From positions 144,834,001 to 144,898,000 of the forward strand of contig CM059431.1 in assembly GCA_030390025.1 (NCBI GenBank): DNA of 64,000 bases, in the 5' to 3' direction. The position numbers and the translations under genes are program-made. This document shows, piece after piece, positions 61,984 through 64,000 of this stretch. Below the pieces are notes generated by a model. The model was given only the letters and a program-made list of their open reading frames with translations, searched no databases and had not been told where the DNA came from. Source of the DNA: Squalus acanthias (Eukaryota). Position 1 is the stretch's first letter, and each line of letters starts with the position of its first letter.

Positions 61984-63548
61984 GCAGGACATCTCTAAAA
62001 GAACACGAAGGAACCACCAAACATGAAGCTGCTCTTACAGCACCTGCCAGTTCAAGTTCTGTTATCAAATTATTTCGCAAAGTTGAGGCAGCACTGTTGT
62101 GAGAATGACCTTGTTTGCATACCGTACCGTTGGACATAATCACAGTTTGAGGTCAGTGGACTCTGCTTATAGTCATCGAGTCATACGGCACAGAAGGAGG
62201 CCATTCGGCCCATCGAGTCCGTGCCGACTCTCTGTAGAGCAATCCAGTCAGTCCCATTCCCCTGCTCTATACCCGTAGCCATGAAAGCTTATTTCCCTCA
62301 AGTGCCTATCCAGTCTCCCATTGAAAACATTGAGTGTTTCTGCTTCCATCACTTCTGTCGGCAGCGAATTCCAGGTCATCACCATTCGCTGCGTAAAAAT
62401 GTTTTTTCTCACATCCCCCCTGTATCTCTTGCCAAATATCTTAAATCTGTGTCCCCTGGTACAAGTACCATCAACTAGTGCGAAGGGCCTTTCCCCGTCT
62501 AACCTATCAAAACCCATCATAATCTTGTACACCTCTATCAAATCACCCCGCAACCTCCTTTGCTCTAATGAAAACAAATCCAGCTTCTGCAACCTGTCCT
62601 TTTAGCTAAGATCCCGCATCCCCGGAACTATTCTGGTAAATCTCCTCTGCACCCTCTCAAGGGCCTTCACAACCTTCCTACAGTGTGGTGACCAGATCTG
62701 GACGCAATACTCCAGTTGTGGCCGAACCAGCTCTTTATAAAGGTTCAGCATATCTTCTCTAGTTTTGTACTCAATACCTCTATTTATGAAGCCCAAGATC
62801 TCATATGCTTTGCTAATCACTCTGTCAATATGTCCTGCCACCTTCAGGGACATATACACATTAACCCCCAAGTCCCTCTGTCCCTGCACACTCTTTAAAA
62901 CTGTGCCATTAAGTGTATATTGCCTCTCCCTGTTCCTTCTGCCAAAATGCATCACCTCACATTTCTCTGTATTAAATTACATCTGCCACTTATCTGCCCA
63001 TTCTGCTAGCCTTTCTATGTCCTGTTGCAGTAGATTGGTATCATCATCTCTGTTTTCCACCCCCCCAAGTTTGGTGTCATCGGCAAATTTAGAAATTCTA
63101 CTCTGTATTCCAATATCCAGGTCATTTATATATATCAAAAACAGCAGTGGCCCCAGCACTGACCCTTGGGGAACACCACTGTCTACCAGAACTGAAAGAT
63201 GGCCGATATGTGTCATTGTCTTTTGATGCATCGAATAGCCGTCGTGGAAAGTTGCTTCCTGTCTTGGTTGACTTTTTCAAAGCTTGTGAAGGCCGTTCGG
63301 GTGTGCAAACTAAATTTGTGGCTTGTGTCGAACCTAGAAATTATTGAGATAATAAACGTATGGAATCGAAAGTGAGCTTGTGGCAGTGTCAGCAGACAGC
63401 ACAACGCAGACTTTGGCGGCCGACACAGTCATGGGAGAGAAACCGAGCACAGCAAGTGAAGGCGAGCTTACAAAGGGAATTGGTAGGCTTTTGATGCCCT
63501 GCTCCCATCGTGCACAACTGTGCCCGAACTGCATGGGATGCAATCCGG
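61984..63548 (+). pseudogene. Fragmented hAT-superfamily DNA transposase (pieces about 61984-62168 and 63187-63548), interrupted by a CR1 copy
   Basis: Conceptual translation across frameshifts gives GRTSLKEHEGTTKH (zinc-finger end), [58 protein letters not shown] and RELVGF*CPAPIVHNCARTA. The last is a degenerate CxxH motif. Confidence 0.72.
62169..63186 (-). mobile_element. CR1-clade LINE 3' part, same subfamily as 58620-59856
   Basis: ORFs 62977-63231 ([15 protein letters not shown]), 62602-62955 and 62248-62592. The 3' UTR is nearly the same as 59745-59856. Confidence 0.93.
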
Positions 63549-63559
63549 TGAGAAAGAAA

Positions 63560-64000
63560 GACGGGACGGGCTCCACCGGGCCAGGTCCAGTGTCATGGCG
63601 AACGGAATAACTAGGGCAGTAGAAAGGGCTTTAAACCAATGAAGGGTGGGGGAGGGGAGGGGAGGATTCAGTAAATTTAAAAGCAGTGATATGTCGAGGC
63701 TCTGGAGCAGAGTAGAATTTTGGGTAAAAATAAGCAGAATGGTTCAGGAAGGGACAGAGAGAGTAACAAAGGTAATAAGGCATCAGTGACTAAGTTGACA
63801 TCAGGGAAAGAGAAATAAGCCAAAGCTAAAGGCACTATATCTGAATGCACGAAGCATTCGCAACAAAATAGATGAATTAATAGCGCAGATTGAAATGAAC
63901 AGGTTTGATCTAATAGCCATAACAGACACGTGGTGGCAAAGTGGCCAAGGTTGGTAACTAAATATTCCAGGATACTTAAATTTGAGAAGAGATAGGCAAA
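63560..64000 (+). mobile_element. CR1-clade LINE starting at the end of ORF1 and running off the window in the endonuclease domain
   Basis: DGLH...ITRAVERALN, then LKALYLNARSIRNKIDELIAQIEMNRFDLIAITDTW. Confidence 0.88.

Overview
Eukaryotic, repeat-dominated window. It is most likely a cartilaginous fish (shark/ray), inferred from the CR1-type LINE 3' ends and the GPR139-like receptor. Layout: (1) 1-13.7 kb is a near-perfect 55-bp satellite ending at a 200-N assembly gap. (2) 13.9-33.4 kb is a 33-bp C-rich minisatellite with nested higher-order duplications, split in register by a CR1 LINE. (3) 33.8-44.2 kb is a cluster of young CR1 LINEs: a near full-length minus-strand copy interrupted by an opposite-strand copy with a short target-site duplication, plus an inverted, nearly identical copy with an uninterrupted partial ORF2. 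(4) 49.2-50.6 kb is the only host gene, a two-exon GPR139-like class A GPCR with a single in-frame TGA. (5) 51-64 kb holds older CR1 copies, two degenerate tandem repeats and a fragmented hAT transposase pseudogene that the ORF track does not show as a gene. The most interesting signal is at the CR1 ORF1/ORF2 junctions. All five junctions, from about four subfamilies, carry an in-phase U_UUA_AAC slippery heptamer directly before the ORF1 stop position, followed by a G-rich tract. ORF2 lies in the -1 frame, and one subfamily has no AUG before the endonuclease domain. This suggests programmed -1 ribosomal frameshifting; I cannot check whether it has been described. Almost all long ORFs in 1-33.5 kb are translations of tandem repeats, not genes. 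Boundaries of the degenerate elements were read by eye and are approximate.
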